Source: Candidatus Thorarchaeota archaeon (GTDB lineage Archaea > Asgardarchaeota > Thorarchaeia > Thorarchaeales > Thorarchaeaceae). Taken from it: DNA of 64,000 nt. The notes under the pieces are model-generated. The model was not told where the DNA came from, searched no databases, and saw only the letters and a list, made by a program, of their open reading frames with translations. This document shows positions 49,089-59,265 of the stretch, piece by piece. Made by a program: the position numbers and the translations under genes. The stretch's first letter is position 1; the number at the start of each line of letters is the position of its first letter. Location: positions 49,313 through 113,312 of the forward strand of contig RDNZ01000005.1 of NCBI GenBank assembly GCA_011364905.1. Direction: 5' to 3'.

Positions 49089-49679
49089 ATGCCAGAATCC
49101 ACCATGATTAGATTCTTACAACTCCTCCCCCAAGTTTCTCCAAAGGGAGAATTCCTTCTCAAGGACCTACCTGGATCTGGAAAAAGAATAGACGTGCTTT
49201 GTAGAGGCCTTGCAGCATGTTTTGAGTGGGCTCCAATGACTTGGCCAAAATCAAGTCTTGAAATGATTGCGATTATTGGTGGTACGAAGATACTCAGATT
49301 TAAAGAGCCTGCAAATCAAAAATTTGAGGGGGAACTTGAGTGGGCGATTGCCATAAAAGATTCTCTTAGAGGAGAACCTTCCGGGTTCATTACCGTGGCC
49401 ACTGGAACCCTTGAGGATGTGATTCAGGAACTGAATAAGCCCCCAGTGTCTGCATTATGGGTCTTAGATGAGAAAGGCTCTAAGCTTTCAGAGGTTCCAG
49501 ATGTGCACTCAGCTCCTCAGAACAGTTTTATGCTTGGAGACCATAGGGGCTTTGATTCCCAGACTATGGATGTCATATCTAAGTATAAAATCCCAAAGAT
49601 ATCTCTTGGGAGGAAGAGTTATCTCAGTAGCCACTGTCTTGCTGCGATAATATCAGAGTTTGAAAGGACCGTCAGATAA
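49089..49679 (+). CDS. trmY: tRNA (pseudouridine-54-N1)-methyltransferase, SPOUT fold
   Basis: F.LKDLPGSGKRIDVLCR, LDEKG, FMLGDHRG, ISLG...YLSSHC. Confidence 0.85.
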   Translation: MPESTMIRFLQLLPQVSPKGEFLLKDLPGSGKRIDVLCRGLAACFEWAPMTWPKSSLEMIAIIGGTKILRFKEPANQKFEGELEWAIAIKDSLRGEPSGFITVATGTLEDVIQELNKPPVSALWVLDEKGSKLSEVPDVHSAPQNSFMLGDHRGFDSQTMDVISKYKIPKISLGRKSYLSSHCLAAIISEFERTVR

Positions 49680-50035
49680 TGCCAGATGATGAAAAATCCC
49701 ATTCCGAGCAACAAGCCAAGGCTATGACAAGACTTGTGAACAAACTTACCAAGGAGATGCTCTGGATGTACATATTGCGTCTGTTGCAAGAGCGACCTCA
49801 TTATGGATATGAAATCAAGGAACTCATCACCAAACGATTCGGTTTTTCACCAGCAACTGTTAGTGGATATGCAATCATCTATCGTCTAATGAAAGATGGA
49901 CTCATAGAAGAACAGAGAAAAGATGATTCGCCAAGAAAATATTACTCGATAACGGAGAAAGGCAGTAGAGCGATGGTTGAGGCCAAAGCATTTCTAGGAA
50001 AAACTATGGATATGGTATTTGACGAAACATCATAG
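49679..50035 (+). CDS. PadR-family transcriptional regulator
   Basis: ILRLLQERPHYGYEI...Y..IYRL..DGLI...RKYYSITEKG. Confidence 0.9.
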   Translation: MPDDEKSHSEQQAKAMTRLVNKLTKEMLWMYILRLLQERPHYGYEIKELITKRFGFSPATVSGYAIIYRLMKDGLIEEQRKDDSPRKYYSITEKGSRAMVEAKAFLGKTMDMVFDETS

Positions 50036-50045
50036 AAATCATCGA

Positions 50046-50924
50046 CTATCGAGTTTCGATTGAGTCGGAGATAAAATTGGACCGCCGATCCACTTCTGAT
50101 TCTCTTATTGAGAAGTCCATACCAAGACTCTCAACCTTCAGACTTGCAATACTTGATGCATAGACACCACAATCAACAATGGGCATTCCATTTATCGACT
50201 GCGATGCGAAGGATGCAAGAAACACAGAGCCTGCGCCAACTGGGTCGACTTCCTCGGTCGGAAACGCAGGAATGTGATTGAAGTCTGTTCCATCATAGGT
50301 AAGGCAACCCTTTTTCCCAAAAGTTATGATGCAAGCTTCAGCCGCCCACTGAACCATGAGTTCTGCAGCCAGATATGGGTCAGACTCTCCAGTCAGCAGT
50401 TCAGACTCGAGCTGATTTGATTTAATGATATCAAGATAGCTTTCGGTTTTCTCAGCGACACTAAACTCTCGAATAAACTCCAGTCGGCCATCTGAGTTCA
50501 GTTTTCGAAGTTGGGGATCAAGAAAGACAAGCGTGTCTGTCGAACTACATACCCATTCTATAAACTCCGGCGTAATTTCTTGAAGGGATGGACTCAATAG
50601 AATGGCTTGTGAGTTCAGAAACTCCTCTGGAATGCTGCGAATACTAATCTTTGATGGAATGACAATGATACTCGAATCATGATTAATTGACGGATTATTG
50701 ATCTCCACACCCTCTTTTTCTTTAGCATCTACAATGAAATACTCTGGTATTCCGAGTTCATCCGCACCACTGATGAATGCATCGGCCAGGGTTGTAGTAA
50801 CAGAACTTACAATTGCCATTTGCTCAATTCCAATCTTTGCTGCGGTCGCAGCTGAATAGATACTCGGTCCTGACAGTCTGCCGTTGTGGAATGTTGGATT
50901 ACCAATCACAACGAGATCATACAT
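50046..50924 (-). CDS. PfkB-family carbohydrate kinase-like protein (GAGS in place of GAGD)
   Basis: DLVVIGN, LDPQ, KSNQLE, ITFGKKG, DPVGAGSVF. Confidence 0.82.
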   Translation of the reverse strand: MYDLVVIGNPTFHNGRLSGPSIYSAATAAKIGIEQMAIVSSVTTTLADAFISGADELGIPEYFIVDAKEKEGVEINNPSINHDSSIIVIPSKISIRSIPEEFLNSQAILLSPSLQEITPEFIEWVCSSTDTLVFLDPQLRKLNSDGRLEFIREFSVAEKTESYLDIIKSNQLESELLTGESDPYLAAELMVQWAAEACIITFGKKGCLTYDGTDFNHIPAFPTEEVDPVGAGSVFLASFASQSINGMPIVDCGVYASSIASLKVESLGMDFSIRESEVDRRSNFISDSIETR

Positions 50925-51645
50925 CTGCGTTTTCACCCTTTTCTGATGCGCCAATGACTTTCTTTGCATAGCTAAGTCTCTGGACCACGGTGATGTGTGA
51001 CAGAATGCCAACGATTACGATGCATAGAGTGAGTATGTTGGTGATGTCCAGCATAACAAAGAAGGCGAGCGCTGCAGGAATTGGAGTTAGAATGTCTATC
51101 CAAATGTTCGTAGTCGGAATGGCTAGTAGCAGGATTCCTGCGATTTGAAGAATCAATTTCTCCTGACGCTCAGCTATTCCAACTGCGCAGCTCTCCATGC
51201 CTCCAACTGATTCAGCCTTGGCGCGAGTGAAACTTGCCATTATCATTCCAAAAAGTGCGAAGATCCCCCAAAACCAAGGAACAAATGTGTCTCCGGATAT
51301 ATATGGCCACCAGGGTATGGTGACTGCATTGACCGGACCCATCATTAGACCCAACATGAACAGATACTCTGCATACCTGTCAAGTGTATGGTCAAAAGTG
51401 GCACCGAATTTTGATGCCAAACCTGCTGCCCGGGCTACAGCACCGTCGAACATATCCATGACTACCGTTAGAATCATGAATGACAGGCCAATAAGGAGGT
51501 CACCAAGTACAAAGAACCATGCACTCACAAGGGCAACAAGAACTGTCAATCCCGTGATCATATTGGGAGTGATGCCAGTTCGAGCTAATACTCTGCCAAC
51601 GGGCATCATGGCGCGTTGATATCGTTCTCTCAAAGACCCGAGCAT
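50917..51645 (-). CDS. CDP-alcohol phosphatidyltransferase (probable archaetidylinositol-phosphate synthase)
   Basis: TPNMIT, DMFDGAVARAAG...FGATFDHTLDRY, SFTRAKAE, G.AER.E. Confidence 0.85.
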   Translation of the reverse strand: MLGSLRERYQRAMMPVGRVLARTGITPNMITGLTVLVALVSAWFFVLGDLLIGLSFMILTVVMDMFDGAVARAAGLASKFGATFDHTLDRYAEYLFMLGLMMGPVNAVTIPWWPYISGDTFVPWFWGIFALFGMIMASFTRAKAESVGGMESCAVGIAERQEKLILQIAGILLLAIPTTNIWIDILTPIPAALAFFVMLDITNILTLCIVIVGILSHITVVQRLSYAKKVIGASEKGENADV

Positions 51646-51720
51646 ATGTTTCACAAATCCAGTACCCTAGGGACCGGCTTCGCCGAAAGGTGTAGTGTTA
51701 ATAAACGTGTTGTGAGATGC

Positions 51721-53391
51721 TCACAGCACGCTCATAATCCGACGAATGACCCATTCATTTCCTAGAAGATTGAGGAACCCACCCAATCTAGGACCCGATT
51801 TTCTGGAGATTAGAATCCTGTAGAGTACGATGAAGGCTCGTTTGTCCTTCAGACCGGTGTTTCGAGCGGTTTCAAACACTTTGCTCTGCAACTCCTCATC
51901 ATCAAGAGGGCTTTTTTTCAAAATATCTACAAAGCTTCTGAGGAAGACACGATCTTGGTCTGTAAGAGTGTCTTTGATTTCCTTGGGAACCTCATCTGGA
52001 ACCTCAACTTTGTCCCGGTCACTTCCATACTCATTAGCCCAGTTCCGTGCTCTACTAAGTCTGGTTGGAACCAAATCCATTGATGCGGAGGATATTGTTT
52101 CAAGTCCATATTGCTTCTTTAGAACAGTTTCACACCGTTCCAGAATTGTTTGTACTCCAAGTATATCTTCCATCTGGGATGTGATGACTGCGAACTTGAA
52201 AGGTAGTTTTGGAATGTACTCCTGAGGAACCTCTCCGGGCAAACAAAGCGGGTAAAGAAGCTGGGCAATCTCCTTTTGGTCCTCTGGAGCGTCTTCCAGA
52301 CCGTAATAGATTCTCTCAAATCTATCATACTCGTCAATCATGTCGGGTATACGTTCAGGTCGAATATCATACGCTCTAGTAAGGCCAGTCTTTAGCATCA
52401 AGTATCTAAACAGTTCAGGAGGCGCAATTGATAACCAATCCTTTGGAAGAAACACTATTCCCTCCGAAGTCGCCATATCTCGACCTCCAATTCCTACCCA
52501 TTCGAAAGGAACTTTTACCGGGCCGACCCATCCGAAGACTCGTTTAGATATCTCCAGACCCGTATCGAAGGATCCACCTTTCACGGAGTGATCCTTGCCA
52601 GCTGGTTCACATGTAACATTCAGGACATACCATTTCGCAGGCCAATCAACACGCCAGGAGAGCTTCACTCTGAGATCAGATAGAGGAGACTCATCACTGA
52701 AACCACATGACGGACAAGAGAATGAAACCATATCTGTTTCTGGGTCATAGTTTGTGATTCGGTTGGGGACAATAGCCCCTTTAGCTCCTGCTTGAATACG
52801 ACCACAAGAGGGACATATCACTGAACCTGGATACCAAGTTTTCATAGACTCAATGTATTCAGATTTCTGTGCTTCGTTGAAATCACGAGCAACATACTCG
52901 ATGAGGATTTGACGAATGGTTTCTGTGTGTTTTAAAGAAGTCCTAACGGCCTTCATCATTTCAGGAAGCTCATAGATTTTACTTTGCCATAGAACTTCAG
53001 GATTAACCCCAAAGGCAGGAAATGTGTCTATGAGTTCTTTGGCAGCATGTGCCCCAAAACTTTCACAACATCCGAACTCATCTGGTACATCGGAATAGGG
53101 TTTCCCCAACCATTCTTCAAGTGGGAGAGAAACACTTGCGGGAAATGAACGGACTGGGTCGAAGTCATCAATAACAAGAAGCGTACGAGCATTCTTTCCC
53201 TTTTCGAGGAGTTTGCGCTTGATAACATCTGCAATAATGAGTTCACGGACAAATCCGATATGAATACTACCACTGGTGCTTTTGCCCGTCGAAATTCGAT
53301 ATTCATCAACATCTCTTTCTAGTACTTCTTCGACTAGATCATTTATCCAGTGGATCGAGAACTCCTCATTCTGCGTATCTTCAGAGGACAT
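51721..53391 (-). CDS. lysS: Class I lysyl-tRNA synthetase
   Basis: HW...STSGSIHIG, KLSWRVDWPAKW, EPAGKDH, MATSEG, GPRLG. Confidence 0.95.
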   Translation of the reverse strand: MSSEDTQNEEFSIHWINDLVEEVLERDVDEYRISTGKSTSGSIHIGFVRELIIADVIKRKLLEKGKNARTLLVIDDFDPVRSFPASVSLPLEEWLGKPYSDVPDEFGCCESFGAHAAKELIDTFPAFGVNPEVLWQSKIYELPEMMKAVRTSLKHTETIRQILIEYVARDFNEAQKSEYIESMKTWYPGSVICPSCGRIQAGAKGAIVPNRITNYDPETDMVSFSCPSCGFSDESPLSDLRVKLSWRVDWPAKWYVLNVTCEPAGKDHSVKGGSFDTGLEISKRVFGWVGPVKVPFEWVGIGGRDMATSEGIVFLPKDWLSIAPPELFRYLMLKTGLTRAYDIRPERIPDMIDEYDRFERIYYGLEDAPEDQKEIAQLLYPLCLPGEVPQEYIPKLPFKFAVITSQMEDILGVQTILERCETVLKKQYGLETISSASMDLVPTRLSRARNWANEYGSDRDKVEVPDEVPKEIKDTLTDQDRVFLRSFVDILKKSPLDDEELQSKVFETARNTGLKDKRAFIVLYRILISRKSGPRLGGFLNLLGNEWVIRRIMSVL

Positions 53392-53440
53392 TTATCACTC
53401 CTCATGGTCTTCCACGGTCCGAGCCTAAAGAACGTTATTA

Positions 53441-55294
53441 TCAAGATGAGAATTCTGATACAATCAAGTCATTTCTCGTTGCAAAGAATACATAGGTTGG
53501 TATCGATGCCACGAGAATGACTCCAATCATCGTGATTAGAACAGCTATGATCGAAATTGGGAGATATGCCAGGGACGGAACAGCCGCTTCAGGAATTAAG
53601 AGATATATACTGAATAATGTGCTCACAATCAATGCAGGTATTCCAGCTCTGAGTCCGACATCCAAACCTTCAGCAATCATTACTTTTGCAAGGAAGGATG
53701 GCTTCGCTCCCAGAGATCTCATTATCACGTAATCGCGAAGTCGTCCGAATACAGAAACAAGCAAGTAGTTCATCAAGCTAAGAAATGCACCTACGAGAGT
53801 CACTAACGCAAGGGGATTGAGGAGTGCCCAGATAGCATCTATCGTTCCCAGGTTTCTCTCTAGAACCTCTTGTTGCTCAAAGATATCGAAACCGTAGCTA
53901 TGAGCGAGACTTGCAATGCTTGTAATGAGTGAGTTGTCATAGTCCGCTAATTGAACAAGTAGTAAGTTCGAGCCTGACACCCCAAAGAAACTCTGCAGCA
54001 TGGACAGGTCCATTAATGCCATCATACCACCGTTTAGGATGTCAAAAGCTTGAGCTTTGATCTGTAAAGAGTTGCCAAGCACGTCTAGATTTTGAACCAG
54101 TGGATCTTCAAAGAGATCGCTTGCCATCTTCCCCCCAATCCATATTTGTCCTGAATTTTCTGGCGTGCGCCCTTCGAAATACCAATCAGAAATCGTCGTA
54201 TCCCAGTTTATGCCAACCAAAACTGCGGACCCTGGTCGGTCCTCTCCAATTATATCATATTTCTGGAGTTCTTCATTCCATATAACAGCCCGTTTTGCCT
54301 CTACTTGAGAATACACAACAAGCCGTTGCTCAACTTTATGGACCCCAAACGTTTCCTGAAGACTACTGACGAGTCCGGTTGGTATCATATCTGAACTGCT
54401 CAAGTAATTGAAAGAGCTGTTGAGAGGCGAGCCATAGAGTGAGTATGACTCGTAATAGGAGTTCAAAAGGTCGGGATTTCCAATCGCCACAACGTTCACG
54501 CCCATTGAGCGAGTCATATAGGAACTAGAAGTGGTATGCACAACACCGCCTCCTATCCAAAGAACTGAAGCAATTGTGAAACTAAGGAATAGAGAGATCA
54601 CTGTTCTACGTGTGCCTCTTAATCGTCTACCTGTACCCTTGGTGGCAATACGGAACGAGAGACCAAAGCTGTCTAAGAAACCTGAAACGCGGACTTTGGT
54701 GCCCACATCCGGATTTAAGGCAAGAGATGGAGATTCCTGCACAGTGTCGTATATTGGCTTTTGAGCTGAAAAGTAGCCAGCAAATATCAATACTACTGCA
54801 AGAATTGCTAACTGCAAAACCGGGAAGGAATTTGTAAATTGAAGACCGGGAACAACACTGCTCAACCAAATCATTCCAGCCATATGCAGGATTACGCCAA
54901 ATGTTAGTCCCAGAGCGATACTGGCGAGTAGAATAATGACAGACTGGGCCATGAAAAAGTCGAAGATAGTGTCGAGTAGCGTGCCAATTGATTTCATCAA
55001 GCCAATATCACGACGACGTGTAACCATTTCTAGCGAGATTGTTGTAGAAACAACTACAATTCCTAGAACAAATACTAGCAGAAGTATGGACCACACGAAA
55101 GTTGAGAAAAATGTCCCAAAAGATGACGTTAGAGCGCTTGAAACCGTAAAGGTGGATACATCCAGAAGGACGTTGCCGAAGAGGAACACAAAGGTGATTG
55201 CAGTGATAGCACTCGTCAAAGAAATCAGTGTAAGCGTAGTCCTAAATGGACGTCGTTTCAGGTCCCTTGAAGCAAAAACCTGATGATCAGACAT
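53441..55294 (-). CDS. FtsX/MacB-type ABC permease (two repeats)
   Basis: RRRDIGLMKSIG and RDYVIMRSLGA FtsX motifs; extracellular domain between TM blocks. Confidence 0.85.
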   Translation of the reverse strand: MSDHQVFASRDLKRRPFRTTLTLISLTSAITAITFVFLFGNVLLDVSTFTVSSALTSSFGTFFSTFVWSILLLVFVLGIVVVSTTISLEMVTRRRDIGLMKSIGTLLDTIFDFFMAQSVIILLASIALGLTFGVILHMAGMIWLSSVVPGLQFTNSFPVLQLAILAVVLIFAGYFSAQKPIYDTVQESPSLALNPDVGTKVRVSGFLDSFGLSFRIATKGTGRRLRGTRRTVISLFLSFTIASVLWIGGGVVHTTSSSYMTRSMGVNVVAIGNPDLLNSYYESYSLYGSPLNSSFNYLSSSDMIPTGLVSSLQETFGVHKVEQRLVVYSQVEAKRAVIWNEELQKYDIIGEDRPGSAVLVGINWDTTISDWYFEGRTPENSGQIWIGGKMASDLFEDPLVQNLDVLGNSLQIKAQAFDILNGGMMALMDLSMLQSFFGVSGSNLLLVQLADYDNSLITSIASLAHSYGFDIFEQQEVLERNLGTIDAIWALLNPLALVTLVGAFLSLMNYLLVSVFGRLRDYVIMRSLGAKPSFLAKVMIAEGLDVGLRAGIPALIVSTLFSIYLLIPEAAVPSLAYLPISIIAVLITMIGVILVASIPTYVFFATRNDLIVSEFSS

Positions 55295-56039
55295 TCTGCT
55301 CAAGGACTCCTAGTTTCATCCTATAGCAGTGAGCTTTGGGCTGTTTGATTATCTTTTCATCATGTGTCATAACAATCACTGCTTTTCCTTGTTTGTTCAA
55401 ATCGGTCAGCAATTCACGAATCATTTGCCCACTATCTCCATCAAGATTGGCAGTAGGCTCATCAGCGAGAATTATTGGGGGATCGTTGGCAATTGCCCTG
55501 GCGATTGCTATCCTCTGTTGTTCTCCTGAGCTTAGTTGCCAAGGAAGGTGATCAGCGCGCTCATCCAAGCCAATGTTCTCCAGGAGTTTCAGAGCATCCT
55601 CTCTTAGTTCAGTTCGGTTTTTGTCAGAAAGTTGCATTGGAAACATGATATTCTCTACAGCAGTCAATGTGGAAACAAGGTTATAGCTCTGAAAGATGAA
55701 ACCTGTGTTGTTTAGCCGAAAGGAAGCTCTGAAGGACTCATCATAATCGTTTATGGGTACATCCATGACAAATACGCGACCGCTGGTGGGAAGGTCAATT
55801 GCACCGATGAGATTCAGGAGAGTTGTCTTTCCGGAGCCGGACTTTCCAGATATTACAACAAAATCACCGGCGTCAACAGTGAGGTTTACACCCTGAACTG
55901 CGGCTATCTCCTTCTTGGCAAGTGTGAACGTTCGATGAACATCCAAAAGGCGGACTGCATGTCGGACCTCTTCAAGGTCCTCAACGTCTAAATCATCTCT
56001 GGTATAATCAACTGCATCAAGATAATCGTCATCTGCCAT
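55287..56039 (-). CDS. LolD/MacB-type ABC ATPase
   Basis: GKSGSGKTT, LSSGEQQRIAIARA, DEPTANLD. Confidence 0.93.
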   Translation of the reverse strand: MADDDYLDAVDYTRDDLDVEDLEEVRHAVRLLDVHRTFTLAKKEIAAVQGVNLTVDAGDFVVISGKSGSGKTTLLNLIGAIDLPTSGRVFVMDVPINDYDESFRASFRLNNTGFIFQSYNLVSTLTAVENIMFPMQLSDKNRTELREDALKLLENIGLDERADHLPWQLSSGEQQRIAIARAIANDPPIILADEPTANLDGDSGQMIRELLTDLNKQGKAVIVMTHDEKIIKQPKAHCYRMKLGVLEQNV

Positions 56040-56103
56040 TATTTGCCACCTAGAATAGGTGGCGAATGATTCTCAACCCAAGATAAGGATAGAGGTTGAG
56101 CAA

Positions 56104-56919
56104 TTAATGTACCAAAATATTCTCGCAGTCAATTGCAGTTCTAGCCCATTCAGTGAGAAGAACAGGTTTCTCTCGTCCAAATACTTTCACTGAACGAAGG
56201 ATGTTTGCGTCGAGAAGGCTATTGATGTAGTAAGAAATGAGGCTCTTATCTACACTTAGTACTCTGCTTATTTCAGCTTGCGTTGTCTGGCCATTTGAAG
56301 CACATTCACTGAGGATAGAGCCCACCGTTGGGTTTCTAGCCACTGCTGTCAGCAACATGATCCTCTCATCAGATGAATAACCAGGGGCGAAAAGGTGTTT
56401 TACATTTCCGTTCCTCAGCGAGATAACGAGTCCATCCTGCTCCAAGAACCGTATATGATATTGAAGTGCGCCCATCGCACATCCGATTGTCCGGTGAAGC
56501 TCACGAAGATGTATACCAGGATTTGCTATGACCTCATCAAGGACTCGATCGCGTAGTTTCTGAATCTTGCGGTCATCTCTCCGGTCAATGGATATTGTAC
56601 CAATCGCAATGACAAAGCAACCAAAACTAATGGATGTAAACAATGAATTGGACCAGCTTAGCGTTGTTCCACCGGAATTCCAAGAAAAGAATTGAGCATC
56701 CATTGAAACATTCTCAGTCCTTGTAGCACTTCCGATCCATATTGAAAAATCTTTGAATATCTGAGTAATATGCTCAGAGCTTGAGGAGGAAGATAGATCT
56801 AGAGCTTCAGGATGAACACCACCAAAACTAGTACTAGATAGAAATACCCCTAAGACGCCCCATGTGAGAAGGGCAAGTGAGAGGCCTACCAGAAGGTGTT
56901 TGGTGATACGTCTATTCAT
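56104..56919 (-). CDS. Membrane-anchored double winged-helix transcriptional regulator
   Basis: Two N-terminal TM segments, then R..VLD.V..NPGIHLREL...YHI..LE..GLV and a second HTH (TQAEIS...ISYY...L). Confidence 0.8.
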   Translation of the reverse strand: MNRRITKHLLVGLSLALLTWGVLGVFLSSTSFGGVHPEALDLSSSSSSEHITQIFKDFSIWIGSATRTENVSMDAQFFSWNSGGTTLSWSNSLFTSISFGCFVIAIGTISIDRRDDRKIQKLRDRVLDEVIANPGIHLRELHRTIGCAMGALQYHIRFLEQDGLVISLRNGNVKHLFAPGYSSDERIMLLTAVARNPTVGSILSECASNGQTTQAEISRVLSVDKSLISYYINSLLDANILRSVKVFGREKPVLLTEWARTAIDCENILVH

Positions 56920-56988
56920 ACTCTAGCTTCCTGCATCGAAACCTAATAGGATTTTCCAGTTAAAAACTACGTTTGTTGAAATTTCGCA

Positions 56989-57546
56989 CTACTCAGTCGC
57001 TCCACGTGCTGGGTAAGTCATTGTAATCTTAAAACTACAAGTTTCTTGTCCTGTTGACATGCATGTGTCTTCATTCACTAGTAATCGTTCATACTCGATT
57101 CTGTTGAAATCTGTTAGATACTCAAGAACAGCCTCTATGAATCCCTTCAGAAAGTAGCATGATGGCTCCTCAGATTCGTATCCTGAGGCATAAGGATTGT
57201 CTCCAATCTCGATAATTGCCTCCTCATCAAGCCAGAGTTTGTATAGTTTGGCAATCCTAACATCACCAAATGGTACAATCAGAGTTTCGAGAGACATTTT
57301 AATGAACTCGACAATTCCTTTGAAATCACCAGGTGGCGTTTGTTTACCAATCTTGAAGTATTCTCGTTGCGCCTCAAGACCTGCAAGGCGCCCGGCAGAG
57401 TAGTAGAGGTCTTTGACACGGTCAGGGAACATCACAGCGATTCTGCTGCCGAGTTTATTCCAGGTTTTAGCAAAGAATGCAACCATTAGGTCTCGTTCCT
57501 TGAGTCGACCATGCCACCATGGAATTACCTTTTCTTCCTTAGACAT
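56989..57546 (-). CDS. V4R-domain protein
   Basis: YSAGRLAG, PFG, PSCYFLKGFIE, EDTCMSTGQETCSF. Confidence 0.85.
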   Translation of the reverse strand: MSKEEKVIPWWHGRLKERDLMVAFFAKTWNKLGSRIAVMFPDRVKDLYYSAGRLAGLEAQREYFKIGKQTPPGDFKGIVEFIKMSLETLIVPFGDVRIAKLYKLWLDEEAIIEIGDNPYASGYESEEPSCYFLKGFIEAVLEYLTDFNRIEYERLLVNEDTCMSTGQETCSFKITMTYPARGATE

Positions 57547-57615
57547 ATTCAAGACCTCAGTGTCACTGCCTGAAGATGAATTGAGCGTTAAGTGCTTTAT
57601 GTGTGTGTGATATAA

Positions 57616-58089
57616 TTACACAAGACGGACATTCCATACACATGCATCCGCACCAGTTGCATGACTCATTTCTTGGAAGACCTTAGCATCGACGCCTTTG
57701 AACTCCAGTATTGTTTGAAGAATTCCACTGAACACCTCGCAGTATCCGAAACCACGCATTCCCTCAAGATTTACTTCCTGGCACCACACACAATTATCAT
57801 CAGTGATTCGAACTGACCCTCGAGCAGTCTTCATGTCAATGTCTTTGGGTTTTTTGTCGAAAAGGACCTTGTAAATGACCTCAATTAGCTTGGCTACGTC
57901 TTCACGAGTTGTAACGTTATCTTTAGTTTTCTCAACTATTTCTGTGTTGAGATAGATTTGCTGACCAATCTCACTTCCAAGATTTCGTAGCCTTTGATTT
58001 GCTTCTTCGATATTATCAGTTTCTGACAAGATTTTCTCTACATAATAAGAGTAAAGGCTAAGCAACAATGGATTTTCCACCTTGGGCAT
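57616..58089 (-). CDS. TRAPP Bet3/TRAPPC3-like (V4R-related) protein
   Basis: KVENPLLLSLYSYYVEKI...EEANQRLRNLGSEIGQQI aligns by eye with the Bet3 N-terminus; YCEVFSGIL...GADAC. Confidence 0.75.
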   Translation of the reverse strand: MPKVENPLLLSLYSYYVEKILSETDNIEEANQRLRNLGSEIGQQIYLNTEIVEKTKDNVTTREDVAKLIEVIYKVLFDKKPKDIDMKTARGSVRITDDNCVWCQEVNLEGMRGFGYCEVFSGILQTILEFKGVDAKVFQEMSHATGADACVWNVRLV

Positions 58090-58112
58090 GACATATTCAC
58101 CTGAACTACAGT

Positions 58113-59120
58113 TTAGATGGTTTTTCCAATCAACTTCAGACCATACTTTCTGTATTTGGCAATTGTTTGTACAACCTTTGGTAACGGAAGTTTCAACTCT
58201 TCCGCGATTTGCTCTGTTGTACGAGACCCATCACATATTCTAATGATATTCATGTCTTCACTTGCGATTTTGCCCATGTCCCCTTCAAAACGAGGACATT
58301 TGATATAATGACCCATCGAGCTCTGGGCTTTTGTCTTGACTTCATCACCAGCTGAAACCAATGGAACCTCGACGATGCCTTTCGAAGCGCCCCATTTGAG
58401 AAGTTCAATCACCCTGTTGTTCGGTTGAAACATAGAGTCAGCAATTTTTTCTACGCTTATGGTTCCATCGACAAGCATTAACACATCAAATCCGAAGTTG
58501 CGGTAGAGTTTCTTCATTTCGCTATAAAGCGCCGAGTCCAGTGAAAGCGCATTTGAGTATGTGGGGCCTCTTTCTGGTACCGTTGCTGGTAGAACATTGA
58601 AAGATTCGGGGGGCGGCAGTTCTTCAACCTGTGATTGAGAAGTATCAGCTACTGGAGGAGGAGTTTCAACTACTGGTTCAGACACAGTAGCTGTATCCAA
58701 CGGTTTTGTGGCCTCAACAGATGCTGCCTTAATGGCAATGCTCTCCAAGACTTGAAGATTCGATTCAACAGACTCCTCAAACTCTTCAGGCGGAGGTGGC
58801 AATTCTATTCCTTCTAGCAGCCGTAGGACATTCTTGGTCTTAGCAATTGCAAGGCCAAGTTGAAGCTCAGGAACATATAGAACTGTCAGAATCCAATTAT
58901 CGTCAACGGGAGATAAGACAACAAGTCCACGGTCAGTGTCAATGGTCATGAGGCGTAGATCACTTTTGTAGAGATTGATGCTATCCTTTACACGTGGAAA
59001 CAGCTCATCGGGAAATGCAAAACTGACAAATGGTCTTCCAACTTTTGTCATTAATGAATAACCCAGAACTTGGTCATCAAATCGTAGTTTAGAGAGAGCT
59101 CGTTCTAAATCTTTGGACAT
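58113..59120 (-). CDS. Roadblock-like domain + Pro/acidic linker + two winged-helix (DG..T/S..IA) domains
   Basis: N-terminal alpha-beta-beta-alpha-beta-beta-beta-alpha pattern; LPPPP; VDGTISVEKIA; CDGSRTTEQIAEEL. Confidence 0.7.
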   Translation of the reverse strand: MSKDLERALSKLRFDDQVLGYSLMTKVGRPFVSFAFPDELFPRVKDSINLYKSDLRLMTIDTDRGLVVLSPVDDNWILTVLYVPELQLGLAIAKTKNVLRLLEGIELPPPPEEFEESVESNLQVLESIAIKAASVEATKPLDTATVSEPVVETPPPVADTSQSQVEELPPPESFNVLPATVPERGPTYSNALSLDSALYSEMKKLYRNFGFDVLMLVDGTISVEKIADSMFQPNNRVIELLKWGASKGIVEVPLVSAGDEVKTKAQSSMGHYIKCPRFEGDMGKIASEDMNIIRICDGSRTTEQIAEELKLPLPKVVQTIAKYRKYGLKLIGKTI

Positions 59121-59265
59121 TGCTATACCTCACGGGCACTGGATTGACCGACACCTGCCTCTAGAGCTATTTTCTCAAGGTCATCTGAAAAGGATTGTGG
59201 TGGCGAAGCATACCGAAGCACGTCAAAAACGGTTAAGAAGGATTCAACTCTGCCCAGTAGGTAGA

